From NCBI RefSeq assembly GCF_006345805.1, contig NC_043015.1, forward strand, positions 38,130,001-38,194,000: a stretch of DNA of 64,000 bases. The letters are read 5' to 3'. Of this stretch, positions 51,178-64,000 are shown in pieces. The DNA comes from Octopus sinensis (lineage: Eukaryota). The translations under genes and the position numbers were made by a program. Numbering within the stretch: position 1 is the stretch's first letter; each line of letters begins with the position of its first letter. A model generated the notes under the pieces. It was given only the letters and a program-made list of their open reading frames with translations. It searched no databases and had not been told where the DNA came from.

Positions 51178-53339
51178 GGTGGTGCTTGTGGCATTGGTGG
51201 TGGTATTAGTGGTGAAGATGGTGATGATAATGATTATGATGGTGGTGGTGGTGGTGGTGGTGGTGTGGTGATGTCGTCGTGGTGTTGGCGGTGGTGATGG
51301 GAATTGTGATAAAGATGCTGATGATTATGTGGTGGTGGTGGTGGTGATGGTGCTGGTGGTGGTGGTGGTGGTGGTGGTGGTGGTGTGGTGTTGGCGGCAG
51401 TGGTGGTGGTGGTGGTGGTGGTGGTGGTGATGGTGATGATGATGATGATGATGATGATGACGTTGATGATGACGTTGATGATGATAAAACATAGCTAAAT
51501 AGAAATAAAAGACAACAAAGGATAAATTAAGGAATTTTTTTCTGCGATTTGGGACCGGAAGTGGTGAGAAGGGGGGAAGGGGAGGATAAACTAGCTACGA
51601 AAGCCATATATAAGTTTGAAGCCATTAGACAGTGACGAGTTAATGAGGATGGCTTAGAATGGATTGAAGGAACCCCACGGAGTTGTTTCTCGAACGATCT
51701 GCTAGAAATAACAGCCAAATCTAGCTCAGGACACATTTGATGGAAGGATAAGAAATGCCGAATCAGGTTCTTTGGTGTCTGAGACAACAGGGGGTATCCC
51801 TTAATCCGTCCTCTTTTATTTATCTTCTTTTATCAGCCATTAGGCTGCGGCCATGCTGGGGCCGCCGCCACGAAGGAGTTTAGTCGAACTATTCGTCCCA
51901 TGTACTTATGTTTAAAACCTGATACTTCTTCTATCGATTCTCTTTTGTCGAACCGCTAGGTTACGGGGACGTAGATCTGTTCAGTTTAGGACTGAAATGA
52001 GTCTAAAATACTACTACCTGTGTATCGTAGTACTGAGGGTGGTGGGACTGACTACCTAGGGTTAAACAGCAACAACGAAGTCGACAACCACCACCACCAC
52101 CACCACCATGATGGCAACAACAGCAACAACGACTAAAAAAATTAATAAACGAGAAATTTGTCGAATATATTCTGTTTTAGATTATTTTTAATTTTTTGTT
52201 ATTTCATTTTTTATTTTTTGTTATTTCATTTATTTACTTATTTCTTTCCTTTGTCGAGATTATTATCCAAACTCATAGTTTACATATATTTTCTAATCCG
52301 GACTAAATATCGGATTAAAGTTGAAAGTAAATTTTGATGAATGAATAATCAGAAGGAAGGAAGGAACAAAGGAAGGAAACCAAATAAACATTTTAAATTT
52401 TGTAGCTTAAAGGAATTGGTATAACAATCATGGAATGATGAATGCTTCTGTTTTGGGAGGGAAGACGGGAGGGGGGAGATTTTTGCTATTGTAATATTTT
52501 TATATATTTTGACGATAGAGTTCTTCCACTTGTGACTTCATCATTCCAACAACTATTGTAAAATATCTGGTTAATTCGTCTTTCTTCTTTCTTTCTTTTT
52601 GTATTGGACCATGGACACTTTTTGGCTGTCCTTAAACTCGAGAGAACAGATCTTTAAAAACCTATGATCACAGAAATTTAGGAACATCAGTCGAAAATAT
52701 ATTGGTCGAAAGATAGGTGGAATAAACATCAGAGATGCTTTGCCCCACGTAGAAACTGCAGGTGTTGGAAACCCTTTCACTTCGTCAGCCGATATCTCAA
52801 GGTCACAAACATTTCGACCCTTAGCATGTACGTTTCACCTGAGTGGGACAGCGAGGACTGAGCTAGTCTTCATCTACGAAAGGATTCCATGGATTAACAT
52901 AAAGACATATTCTTAAAAAGACAAATTATTCGAAAGGTAAATTGATCGAAAACATATTAGCTGATATCAAACACATCAAAAGACATTTTAGTCGGAAAAT
53001 ATTCGTAGGAAGACATAGAAAGACATGAAAATCTAATGTTGTCTATTTTTGCATAAAAATGATGGTAAATGATGTTGTAATTAAAATTATAGACTTGTCA
53101 GTGAATTTGGTGGACGGAAACTGAAAGAAACCAGTCGTGTATATAATCATATGTGTCTAAGACTGTGTGTCTTCGTGTTTGTGTTTGTACCCCACCACCG
53201 ATCGACAACCAGTGTCGGTTTGTTTATGTCCCCGTAAATTAGCGGTTCGGCAAAAAGAGACGGACAGAATGAGTACCGGGCTTGAAAATATACGTGCTGG
53301 GATCGATTCGTTCGACTAAACCCTTCAATGAGGGGCCCC

Positions 53340-54575
53340 AGAATGACCGGATATATATAAAAGAATACTTTAGACGAGTTAGATTAATACTGAAAACAGA
53401 GCTCAATGCGAAAAACAAGATAATGGGTATTAACACTTTAGCCGTCCCAGTTATAATTTACATATACAATATCCTTAACTGGACATTAAATGAACCAACC
53501 AAAATAGACAAGAAAACAAGAAAAATAATGACAGGATTTTGGATGCACCACCCAAAAGCTGACATAGAAAGGTTATATATACAACATATAGAAGGTGGTA
53601 GAGGCCTTATGCAGCTTGAAAACAATTGCAAAATAACCACCCTAGGGCTACACAAATACTTACTTAAGAAGCAAGAAAAACAAATACAAATAGCCACAAA
53701 ACACGAACAAAACAGAAAAACTGTTTTCAGTCATTAAGGAAGCTGACAAATACAAAAAAAAAACCATACTACCAAACAACTATGACGAAAAAGAAGAAAC
53801 AACAAAAGCTGTAAAACAACTGAAATCCAAGCAAAAACTGGAAGAGAACGGATCATAATAAAACGATGGCAAGAAAAGCCCCGTCATGGCAAAAACTGAG
53901 CAGAAAAGAGATGGACAAAGCAAAATCACAACAATGGCTGAGAAGCTCAGGACTCAAACCAGAGACTGAATGGATTTTTAAATGCAGCACAAGACGAAAG
54001 CCTCCCCACCAGAAATTACCAAAAACTTATAATGAAAAGAAATATTACAAGTAACTGCAGAATATGTGGTGATGGAGAAGAAACAATAAATCATATTATC
54101 TCTGGCTGCCCAGTCCTGGCTAAGGAATATATTCACAGTCACGACAAAGTTGGAACCTACATACATTGGAAGCTATGCCAACATTATGGAATAACAACAG
54201 AAAAAAGATGGTATAGGCACACGCCAGAAAAGATCACAGAAAACGAGAAAGCAACCATACTCTGGGATATGCCAATGCACACAGATAGAGAAATTAAGGC
54301 CAACAGACCAGATATAGTTGTCAGAGATCATGAAGAAAAAAATGCTTTCTAATTGATGTATAAATACCAACAGATAACAAAGTTTCTCTAAAAGAAACGG
54401 TGAAACTTTCAAAATACAAAGATCTGGAAATAGAGGTAACTAGAATGTGGAATCTAAAAACAGAAACAATTCCTATCATAGTAGGCACATTAGGTATGAT
54501 AAAAAAATATTCAGATAAATGCATAACAAAAACTCCAGGACAAACAAGTGTATGTAATATACAGAAAATAGTCCA
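53340..54575 (+). mobile_element. R4/Dong-type LINE, largest fragment (thumb region, CCHC knuckle, RLE), pseudogenised
   Basis: KEYFRRVRLILKTELNAKNKI..HPKADIERLY..GGRGL, CRICGDGEETINHIISGCPVLA..HDKV..ILWDMP..RPDIVV, KLSKYKDLEIEVTRMW..PIIVGTLG. Confidence 0.92.
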
Positions 54576-54577
54576 TC

Positions 54578-54965
54578 AGTGGCTGACGATACGTGCATCT
54601 CTGATCACGAGAAGAAGTAATGGGGGAGCATCACAAGCGTGTGTTGAGAGGAAGTCTTTGGGTGTTGAATAATTCACCCTTGGAAACATGGGTGTTTCAT
54701 GCAACATCCTCAAACAAACCTTCTTCAGGGACCTTTTGAGCAGGATGGGCTACTCGACCAGAAGAAAATTTTAACTACCCCCCCCCCCCATCTGCAAGGT
54801 CATGCGCTGTTTATCTCGATATGAGATCACCCTGTTGCGCACACATGGTTGTGATGCATGTGCCTGGTGTATCCTTATCAAACGGGTAGTCACGATGGGT
54901 ATATTGGGCTTCGTATATTTTTACCTCAGTGTCACTTTGATGGCATGAACTGCTCTCTCACTCAA
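54578..54965 (+). mobile_element. 5'-truncated copy of the 550-bp TAA-bounded repeat, fused to the LINE
   Basis: Matches ~25125-25495 and is followed by (AAT)n. Confidence 0.75.
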
Positions 54966-55024
54966 TAATAATAAGAATGATAATAATAATGATAATGATA
55001 ATAATAATAAGAAGAATGATAATA

Positions 55025-55055
<31 letters not shown>

Positions 55056-55087
55056 TAATAATAATCATAATAATAATAATAATAATG

Positions 55088-55182
<95 letters not shown>

Positions 55183-55573
55183 AAGAAGAAGAAGAGGAGG
55201 AGGAGGAGGAGGAAGTGGAAGAAGAAGAAGAATAGCAACAACAACAATAATAATACCTGGTGATTATATTACTATCGTTTCCATACGAAATTACTTCATT
55301 AGCACTTCACTAAATGAATCACCTTAATGGAAAACGATATGATGTGTAGTGCTCATATGTACACCATCTGATAATGTTTACACCTATCGACGTCATTAAT
55401 ACGGCGCTTCTAGAATTACTAGTTTCCCTAATTACCTGTGAAAATTAATTAGACACATATGACATGGGTCTCTGCGCATGAGCGTGAACGAATGTATGTA
55501 TGATGTGTGCGCGTACATTTATATACACACACACCTACATATATAGGTATGTATGTATACGTATATGTAAATG

Positions 55574-55628
<55 letters not shown>

Positions 55629-56015
55629 CGGAAATTTTTTAACCACTATGTGGAAACCCTTATGCTAGAAGAGATCCGCTATGGTCTTAACCACTAAGAA
55701 TGTTCTCCAGAAAATTTAGCACACTAGAAACGTAAGCGAGCAAGGCAAAATCATAAACAATTGTTTCACTATCAATAAATTACGTAATTTTACTTACGCA
55801 ATTTATCTGTAGATCGTCAGTATGATCGTCTATGCAGAATATAATCTACAGAACTTCACGCCAGATATCAACACGAGGTCGAAAATGCATGTAGTTCTTC
55901 CTATTATATTTGCGTTTATTTTCAAAAGGCTTCGTTTAGGCGCGCTAAATTACCGGAAATAAATACTGCATAAATAATTCACTGCAGTAGTTTTCGCCGG
56001 TTTGAGAACGTATAT

Positions 56016-56049
<34 letters not shown>

Positions 56050-56055
<6 letters not shown>

Positions 56056-57133
56056 TGGAAACGATATGCTGTACTGCTTGGTATTCGCGCTGGAAGCTTT
56101 AACGCGATCATTTCAGAGTGTTTGAGTGTCAATCTGAAGACAGTGCAGAGGATTCGCAAAGAGTCGGATGACTCTAATGGTGGTTACGAAAGTATGGCAG
56201 CTCGGAGAACTCACTCTAATCGTTCTGATAAAAAGAGAACTTGGTGAGATCCAGGCCGTGATTGACAACGGTCCCTCCAAGTCAATCAGGTCCATCGTCA
56301 GGGACATGGGAGTGTCTAAGATTCCTATCAGGCAGGTAGTGCATGAAGACATTCGGTATTCCTCATGCATGATGAAAAAGGGCCAATTTTTATCCCAAGC
56401 TATCAAGGACAAGGAGAAAGATTGCTCTACGAGGCTTTTGATCAAATTCAAGCATCCCCTCCCCAACCGAACATGCTTTGGGTTTTCTCAGAAAAACCTC
56501 TTCCAGGATCTGATGGTAAATTCACAGAACAACCGTCCCCAAACCATGTACTGAGAGTGACAAAAAACAAACATCCAGTCAACATCATGGTGTTTGGAAT
56601 GGTCACTAGTGATGACTATGTTATGCCTCCATTCATCTTCCCACACGGCCTCACACTTAACACGGATGCTACATCAAGTGCCTGGAGGGGGTAGTGCTGT
56701 CCTGGGGGAAGAGGGTGGCTGGCAACAGGACTCTGCACCATGTCACACAAGCAGGAGAAATTTCTGTCACCACATCACCCCTAACATCTGCCCACCTAAC
56801 TCCCCAGACAGCAACCCCCTTGATTATTATGTATGGGGCGCAGTTGAGCGAGAGACCAACAAAACTCGTTATAACAGCAAAGATGTACTGAAGGCAAGGA
56901 TTATGACAGCATTCACCAACTTAAACAAGGAGATCGTCCAGAAGAATTACAGGGAATTCCGAAGTTGTCTGGAGGCCGTGGTTGAAGCCAATGGCAATTC
57001 TATTGAATAAATTTATTCTTTAGTATTTCGAAATATTCTTATGTAACTTTGGTAAATATATCTGTTAAAATGAGATGTCAGTGTTATTTTCATTTTTGCG
57101 TAATTTAGACGACAATTTATTCACCGCACGCTG
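56050..57133 (+). mobile_element. Tc1/mariner DD37D (maT-type) transposon, 5'-truncated and degenerate
   Basis: KHPVNIMVFGMVTSD..PPFIF, WQQDSAPCHTS..PPNSPDSNPLDYYVWGAVE..LEAVVEANGNSIE. Right terminus GACGACAATTTATTCACCGCACGCTG. Confidence 0.8.
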
Positions 57134-57406
57134 TGTGTTTAAACATATATAAACTTGGTTTAATAAATTAAATCTAATATTGATTACTTCTTTATAGATA
57201 TAAAGAAATAGTCAATATCAGACAAAGTTCAATTAATTTCGTCAAATAAATGAAATGAAGCAGATTGGCTGTTAAAATGGATTTTGCTTTTATTTCATAT
57301 TCGCAGACAATTATTTCTGACAAAAGGACCAAGGTTTCCATAAAGAGAACATCATAAAGGTTGAATTTGTACCCTTCAGTACATATATAAATAGATAGAT
57401 AGATAT

Positions 57407-57443
<37 letters not shown>

Positions 57444-57452
57444 TTGATAGAC

Positions 57453-57513
<61 letters not shown>

Positions 57514-57829
57514 TAGATATATAAGTAAATGTAATGCACAAGCAAGTTAGATCAATATATAAGCTATATTAAATACATGAAATGCAAAAAACGTATTTAA
57601 GAATCCATGTAAACATGTCAGATTTACCCAGAATATAGATGATATTGAGAATCAAAGGGGGTGAAGAAAAGTATTACATATCCAACAGCTGTTTCTGGTG
57701 GGGTTGCTTGTCAACAATAATATTTGTAAATTTATTCCGTCACAGGATGAGACGAGCTTCTGTCTTCAGGGAAGAAATCTTACATTTGAGATATTAAAGG
57801 AAAGAAGTTCAAAATTGGAACACACATAC

Positions 57830-58361
57830 ATACATACACACACACATACATACATACATACATACATACATGCATGCATGCATGCATGCATGCATACATA
57901 CATACATACATACATACATTCATGCATGCATGCATACATACATGCATACATGCATGCATGCATACATACATACATACATACATACATACATACATTCATA
58001 CATACATACATACATGCATGCATGCATGCATGCATACATACATACATACATACATACATGCATGCATGCATACATACATACATGCATACATACATACATA
58101 CATACATACATGCATGCATGCATACATACATACATGCATACATGCATGCATGCATGCATACATACATACATACATGCATGCATGCATGCATGCATACATA
58201 CATGCATGCATGCATGCATACATACATACATACATACATACATACATAAATGCATACATACATACATACACACATACATACATACATACATACATACATA
58301 CATCATACATACATACATACATACATACATAAATACATACATACATACATACATACATACA

Positions 58362-58390
<29 letters not shown>
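57830..58390. repeat. (CATA)n/(CATG)n compound microsatellite
   Basis: Direct reading. Confidence 0.95.
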
Positions 58391-58392
<2 letters not shown>

Positions 58393-58850
58393 TCAGCCGA
58401 AAATGTCGATTATATTGAATTTCTGTGGAAGACACCACACGTCATAATCAGCTGCCCAGAAATGTTATCAAGGTGCTACCTCTCTATGCGACATGACTTT
58501 GTCGCAAAAGCAATATACAATGCCTTCCAAAAAAGACTGCCCTGAAATAAATATTGAGAATCCCCCTGTTACTGAATACATACACAAACATCAACTCAAG
58601 AAATACTGTTGGAATATTCCCATGAAAACATCTGTCAAGTGTAAACATGACAGGCCAGTTATTGTTGTTTGGGACAGACAAGAAAAAGTATGTACAGTCA
58701 TAGAGTTCAGCTGTCTGGCTGATGTGAATGACTCTTTGAAAATCAAAGAGAAAGAAAATAACTAAGGACAGCTGCTTCTAAAACCTCCAGCTTCTATATC
58801 CGGATTATAAATTCATATTTATACCAATAATAATAGATGTACTAATTTGA
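58390..58850 (+). mobile_element. R4/Dong subfamily B fragment (knuckle plus RLE)
   Basis: WNIPMKTSVKCKHDRPVIVVWDRQEKVCTVIEFSCLADVN..KEKENN. The 5' junction is at (CATA)n. Confidence 0.75.
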
Positions 58851-58869
58851 ATCTTTGCATTGGTATAAT

Positions 58870-59255
58870 GGGAAGATATGTCGATATGTCCGCTCAGTGC
58901 TATCTGCCTGTATTGAGGGAAACGAATCTGTTCTTTATGTAGCGTGACTCTGCGTCTCAAAGCAAGGCTCGTTTGGCCCACATAATTGTGACCACAACCT
59001 GAGCAGGTTAGAACATAGATAAGGTTCTGGGAAGCACATGTGAAGTTGGTCTAGAGAATTTTTATCTTTGCTGGAATGTGAATTCCGAGCCTTCAGTGAG
59101 GTATGGGCATGTACCACAATTAGGTCTTCTGCATTTTTAACTGTTGGTATCGTATGTATTGAGTATAGTTTTGCATTTGTTAGGAGTTTCTTGAGTGATT
59201 TGTGTTGTCTTTTGCAATTGAGGAGTTTAAGTGTATTTAGGATGCTGTTCATTTT
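58870..59255 (-). mobile_element. PLE GIY-YIG endonuclease fragment
   Basis: KCRRPNCGTCPYL..NFTCASQNLIYVLTCSGCGHNYVGQT..RVTLHKEQIRFPQYRQ. Confidence 0.85.
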
Positions 59256-59269
59256 CGGGGTGGGGATTT

Positions 59270-59430
59270 CACAAAAAAATGACGAAGACAGGTGGTGTAG
59301 GCAACAAACAGATGTATCAGTTTAACGCTCGGGAAGTGAAAAAGTCTTTAACGTTTCGAGCCTACGCTCTTCTACAGAAAGGAACACAGAAAGAAACAAG
59401 GAGAGAAAATAAAGAATGTATAGTGGCTAT
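59270..59430 (-). mobile_element. PLE pLTR-type repeat (same family as 20370-20560)
   Basis: Minus strand GTAGAAGAGCGTAGGCTCGAAACGTTAAAGAC. Confidence 0.6.
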
Positions 59431-59683
59431 CTATCTATCATTATGCATGTATGTATGCATGCATGTATGTATGTATGTATGTATGTATGTATGTATGTAT
59501 AAAAATTTCGATTTATTTGTATATGAAAATTAACATTTTTTTAATTAAATATATTTGGACAGAACCTATTCATATGTACACTGTATATTCTTTTACATGG
59601 TTTGATTTGTACAGTAGTCTCTGGAACGTACCCTCCGTGCAAACAGAGATTGAGTATATATATATGTATATATACATACATGC

Positions 59684-59758
<75 letters not shown>

Positions 59759-59804
59759 TTTTGCACATTTGTATATATTTATGTACGTATATTGATTTTA
59801 TACT

Positions 59805-60020
59805 ACCCCGAAGGGGCTAAACACAGAGGAGACAAACAAGGACAGACAAACGGATTAAGTCGATTATGTCAACCCCAGTGCGTAACTGGTACTTATTTAA
59901 TCGACCCCGAAAGGATGCAAGGCAAAGTCAACCTCGGTAGAATTTGAACTCAGAACGTAACGGCAGACGAAATATGGCTACGCATTTCGCCCGGTGTGCC
60001 AACGTTTCTGCCAGCTCGGC
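59805..60020 (-). mobile_element. SINE family D, near full length
   Basis: Reverse complement of 22695-22925. Confidence 0.85.
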
Positions 60021-61063
60021 GTCTATGTATATCATGTATATATGTATGTGTATAAGCATGTATATTTGTGTATACATGCACACACACGTACATGCACTAA
60101 CTAACTCCCATACACAACACCAGTATCATTAACAAATACGATATACAAGACATTATAATTACTTGAGTGTATATAAATATGCACAGCTGCGCGTGCAAAT
60201 GTGTGTTGTGTCTAAGTATGATTATATCTGTATGTATATATGTATACATATGTATATGTAAGTGTGTGTGTGTGGAGGGGGGCGTGTTTGTGAGTGAACG
60301 AACGCTCGGGTTATAAGTATATCGAGAAAACAAACAAATATATCCAGTCAAGAGTTGCGTAGATGCAAAATAAATAGATATTTATTGCTTAAGGAGACAT
60401 GAAACCGATTCGCCGTTCAAACAGCTCTGTCATTTATTGCATTGAGCACTTCCGCTGTAAAAGGAACCTACAAAACGAGAGAGGGGGGAGAGGCTTGTCA
60501 ATAGATTACTCTTTTGTCAATAATGTATCAGGACAGAAAATACTTTCCCTCTCCCTTCTCCTCTTTCTCAGTCTCCTTTCACATGTCCTGACCATTTGCT
60601 CGGAATTGTGAATGGTTGCTTGTATACACAATGTTCGTTTGTGCATACATCTATCTGTCGCGCACCTGTGTATGTACATATATATGTGGGGGGGGGGGGT
60701 CCATCAATTTGTCAGCATATTTATGTCAATGTGTTTGTGTTGGGTTTGTGTCTGTCTGTGTGTGTATTGGTTGTTTGCACATCGCTGCTTCGATACGGTG
60801 CATCGTGCAACTCCCGAACCTGCAACTCGCTCAAATGCACTCATTAACAGAAAACTGATTAAGGCGTGCCACTTGTGAAATGTTTACCGTATTAATATTT
60901 CCGTTAATCATGTTAAACAACCATTTGTTGCTCTCGGCTTTCATCTCTCCACTCATCCACATTACCTATTTTCTTCCATATCTATCTACATACCTACCTA
61001 CATATCTATCTATCCATCCATCCATCCATCTATTTATCTATCTATCCATCCATCCATCTATTT

Positions 61064-61151
<88 letters not shown>

Positions 61152-61198
61152 GTATCTATCTAGCTAGCTAGCTATCTATCTATCTATCAGTCTCTCTC

Positions 61199-61266
<68 letters not shown>

Positions 61267-61309
61267 CCTACCTACCTACCTACATATCTATCTATTTATC
61301 TATCTATCC

Positions 61310-61365
<56 letters not shown>

Positions 61366-61639
61366 CTCTATCTCTCTATCTATCTATCTATCTATCTATC
61401 TGTCTCTCTGTCTGTCCGGTTGTTTGTCAGCCTGTCTATCTCTAACCATTTATCTTCCAAGCAATTTTTCTGTCTATCCATCAATCTACGCTTCATGAGA
61501 TAGAAATTTCCGGGTCCAACGCCTCGGTCACCACTTGTCTGAGCCGCACAAATACCGTTATGGAACGATAGTCGAGGAATTCGGCCTGCATCCATTATCC
61601 TGCAGTCATCATAGCGCTGACCGGCTCTCCCGACACGCC

Positions 61640-62090
61640 GCTCAGAATGACAGTGGCTGGCTTCTCGTCTCAACTGGTACCAGTAGGTCTTGATGGCGGG
61701 TATGGTAAGCGCCTCGGCAGAATAACTCTTTTCCCAGACGAGCTGGAAGATCCCTAATCGTGGACGTGACGTCTAGAGACACATTCTCCGGCCCCAGCCT
61801 TGTTATAATTCTGGGTATCGCCGCTCGTAACGCAGAGGAGAGAAAAATAAATGAATATAGAGACCTGAACGGCAGCTATCAGTTTCTGCCGGCTGTCGTC
61901 GAGACCTCAGGGGTTCTCGAACCCTGCACTGATGATTTCCGCCGCAAAATCGGGATAACTGCTACCCTTGTGAGAAATGAGCCCGGCGAGGTGGGGGTGG
62001 ATGCTGCAGCAAGTGCCACTGGCCGTTCTCCGCAGCAAAGCCATCGCGGTCATTTCCGTAGTGCCAGGTCATTTCCGTAGACCATTTGTC
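61640..62090 (+). mobile_element. CRE-clade-like non-LTR retrotransposon RLE C-terminal fragment
   Basis: GKR..ITLFP..GRSLIVDVTSRDTFS..ARNAEERKINEYRDL..YQFLPAVVETSGV..EPGE..LAVLRSKA, matching the RPDGxTLxPW..LxWDxT..AExxKxxKY..VETxG pattern. Confidence 0.6.
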
Positions 62091-62929
62091 TTGTGGTGTA
62101 CTCCACCCCTTTTTTTGCTTAATCCACTCCTGTTTTTGCTTCTTGGTTTTCTTGTAATTAAATTGTGAGTCAATCACTAAGATGTGTAATGGTTACATGT
62201 TCCTGGCAGATGGAACGGATGCAGAGGTAATTAGCGTTGATGGCTGACGAGTTAAAACATCGTTGCACAGTGAAATATGCACCGAAATGAATTCACAGAA
62301 GAAAAACAAAAAATAATTTCTATCAGATTTTATTTATCCGTTTCAGTTCTTCTCGCCAGGGAGTGTACAGAGTCTGTTTTCCAATGGTAAAGGGATGGTA
62401 GTAACCACAAGGCGCCAGAACTTTCGAGGAAATGTTTTGAGTCGGATGAAGATGCTGCAAAGACATGGATGTACGACATGTGAAAGTGATAACGAACTGT
62501 CCGAAAATATTCGAAGCGGGTTCGAATCTATGCGCGTTCGAAAGCTGGAAGTAGGTCGGGCGAACAAAGAAATTGAATACGTTTATCTAAGGCTAATATT
62601 ATTCTCAAAACATATCAGGTCGTGTTCTAACGAGGCAAGATTTTTACCAAGATAACATTAAACCTTTAATCTTAACGAAAGTAAAGTGATTAATAAAGGT
62701 CTTTTAAAAAAAAAAAGGGTTCCTCTTGAGTGAGAAAATTGTCTTTTTTGTGTTTAATGCTGTGACTGTCGAGTGAAAGACTTTTAACATGTAGAGACTT
62801 TAAAGTCGAACCAAAAGAAAGAAATTAGTCAGAATCGGTTTGTTAATCTCGTGTCTTTCTCTGGATTCAGTCATTGGATTGCGACCAGGTCTGGTTGATT
62901 CTCTTTAACGGTTCTACTCGAACAAATCG

Positions 62930-63135
62930 AGCCCAGAACTTGATATTCTTTTAAATATGGTATTTGCTTTTCTTCCCTGAAGAACCGCTAAGTTAAGGGG
63001 ACATAAACAAAATCAACACCGGTTGTCAAACGGTGATGGGAGACAAACACCGACGCAAGGACACACGCAAACTGGTACACACACACACACACACACGGCG
63101 GGTTTATACTCTGCTTCCGTCTACCAAATTCATTC
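62930..63135 (-). mobile_element. SINE family A fragment
   Basis: GAACCGCTAAGTTAAGGGGACATAAAC..CAACACCGGTTGTCAA..CTTCCGTCTACCAAATTC. Confidence 0.7.
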
Positions 63136-64000
63136 GCATGGTATTGGATGACCTAATATTTTGTTGTTTTTGTTGATGTAGGATCTGGAAGGGGTCGTGC
63201 CCCAAGAGAACCCCTCACAGGTTCTCTAGGACTGGTGAGATTGTTGCCATTAACGTTCAGTATGAACTGTTGAAGGTCAACATCTGTAGGAAAGACACCA
63301 ACTGGGAGAAGATTCCAGGGGACGTCGTTCCGAGGAGAAAGGACAGGAGATAACGGTTAGTCCGGAGTCGAGAAAAGGGAAATGGATGCATCAAGAATTT
63401 CGAGATATAGAAAATCGAATGGGTCGGGATTGCCTTCAAATACTTAATCGATATTTCGTTCACTTTCTGGCAGGAATTATTTTACAAAACTGAAGTCAAT
63501 AAGTGGCGTGTGTGTGTTGAAGACTCGGTCCATATCATCAGATCGAAAATGTGTTCTGAAGCAAGAGGAAATTGTGGCGATAAATACATTAGTAGATCTT
63601 TGAAAATGGATAAGTCTACCGTGTAGAATTAAATTAACAAATGCCGTGGCTTAGGAAGCATATTTACATGCTGGGAATGAGATGAGTGATGTTATCTTTT
63701 ATGAAGGCGATGTGTGCTTTGGTGCTGGAGCTATTGAAAAATCGATATATCAGTGTAGATAAGATCATAAAAGGTAAGTTGGACTGACCAGGAGATTAAC
63801 GGAGCTAAATCTCTGTTAGGGATGAAGAAGAGTTTATCTCGCGATTATCGTTTGATAGGGGAAATTTATTAATGTTAATCCACCAAAGAATTAAAAGCAA
63901 TCTCAGTGTTTTTTTGTTTGTTTATTGATTTCTGTGGAAGGTTTTTACCAATTATTCTTCAAACATCACTGTCTGTGTCACGTGACATCCCATTTTGTGT

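Noticed and set aside
52660-52920. ~83-codon stop-free frame in unique sequence
   Set aside because: No start codon, weak acceptor and no homology recognised.
62345-62660. Exon-like ORF after TTTATCCGTTTCAG
   Set aside because: The peptide is not recognised; this region and 63450-63860 look more like decayed RTE-type LINE sequence.

Overview
This is AT-rich, microsatellite-saturated animal genomic DNA, most consistent with an octopus. That assignment is inference from the SINE families and simple-repeat load. A 100-N assembly gap lies at 870-969. One host protein-coding region is supportable: an intronless, divergent EB1/MAPRE-type calponin-homology ORF (minus strand, 1887 to the gap at 970). 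It has no visible EBH C-terminal domain and is preceded by a CRE and ETS-CRE motif cluster. The rest is a layered transposon landscape: Penelope-like element (PLE) RT and GIY-YIG fragments, R4/Dong-type, CRE-type and RTE-type LINE fragments, several tRNA-derived SINE families, Tc1/mariner elements (DD36E, DD37D-type, mariner), and one exactly delimited non-autonomous Helitron. The most striking unexplained structure is a recurring set of fold-back or direct-repeat units whose arms carry minimal type I hammerhead ribozyme motifs: 21.6-22.5, 33.5-33.9, 34.0-34.2, 41.7-43.4, 46.8-47.8 and 50.3-50.5 kb. Most ORFs in the supplied track are microsatellite translations. TE and SINE boundaries are approximate unless terminal motifs are quoted.
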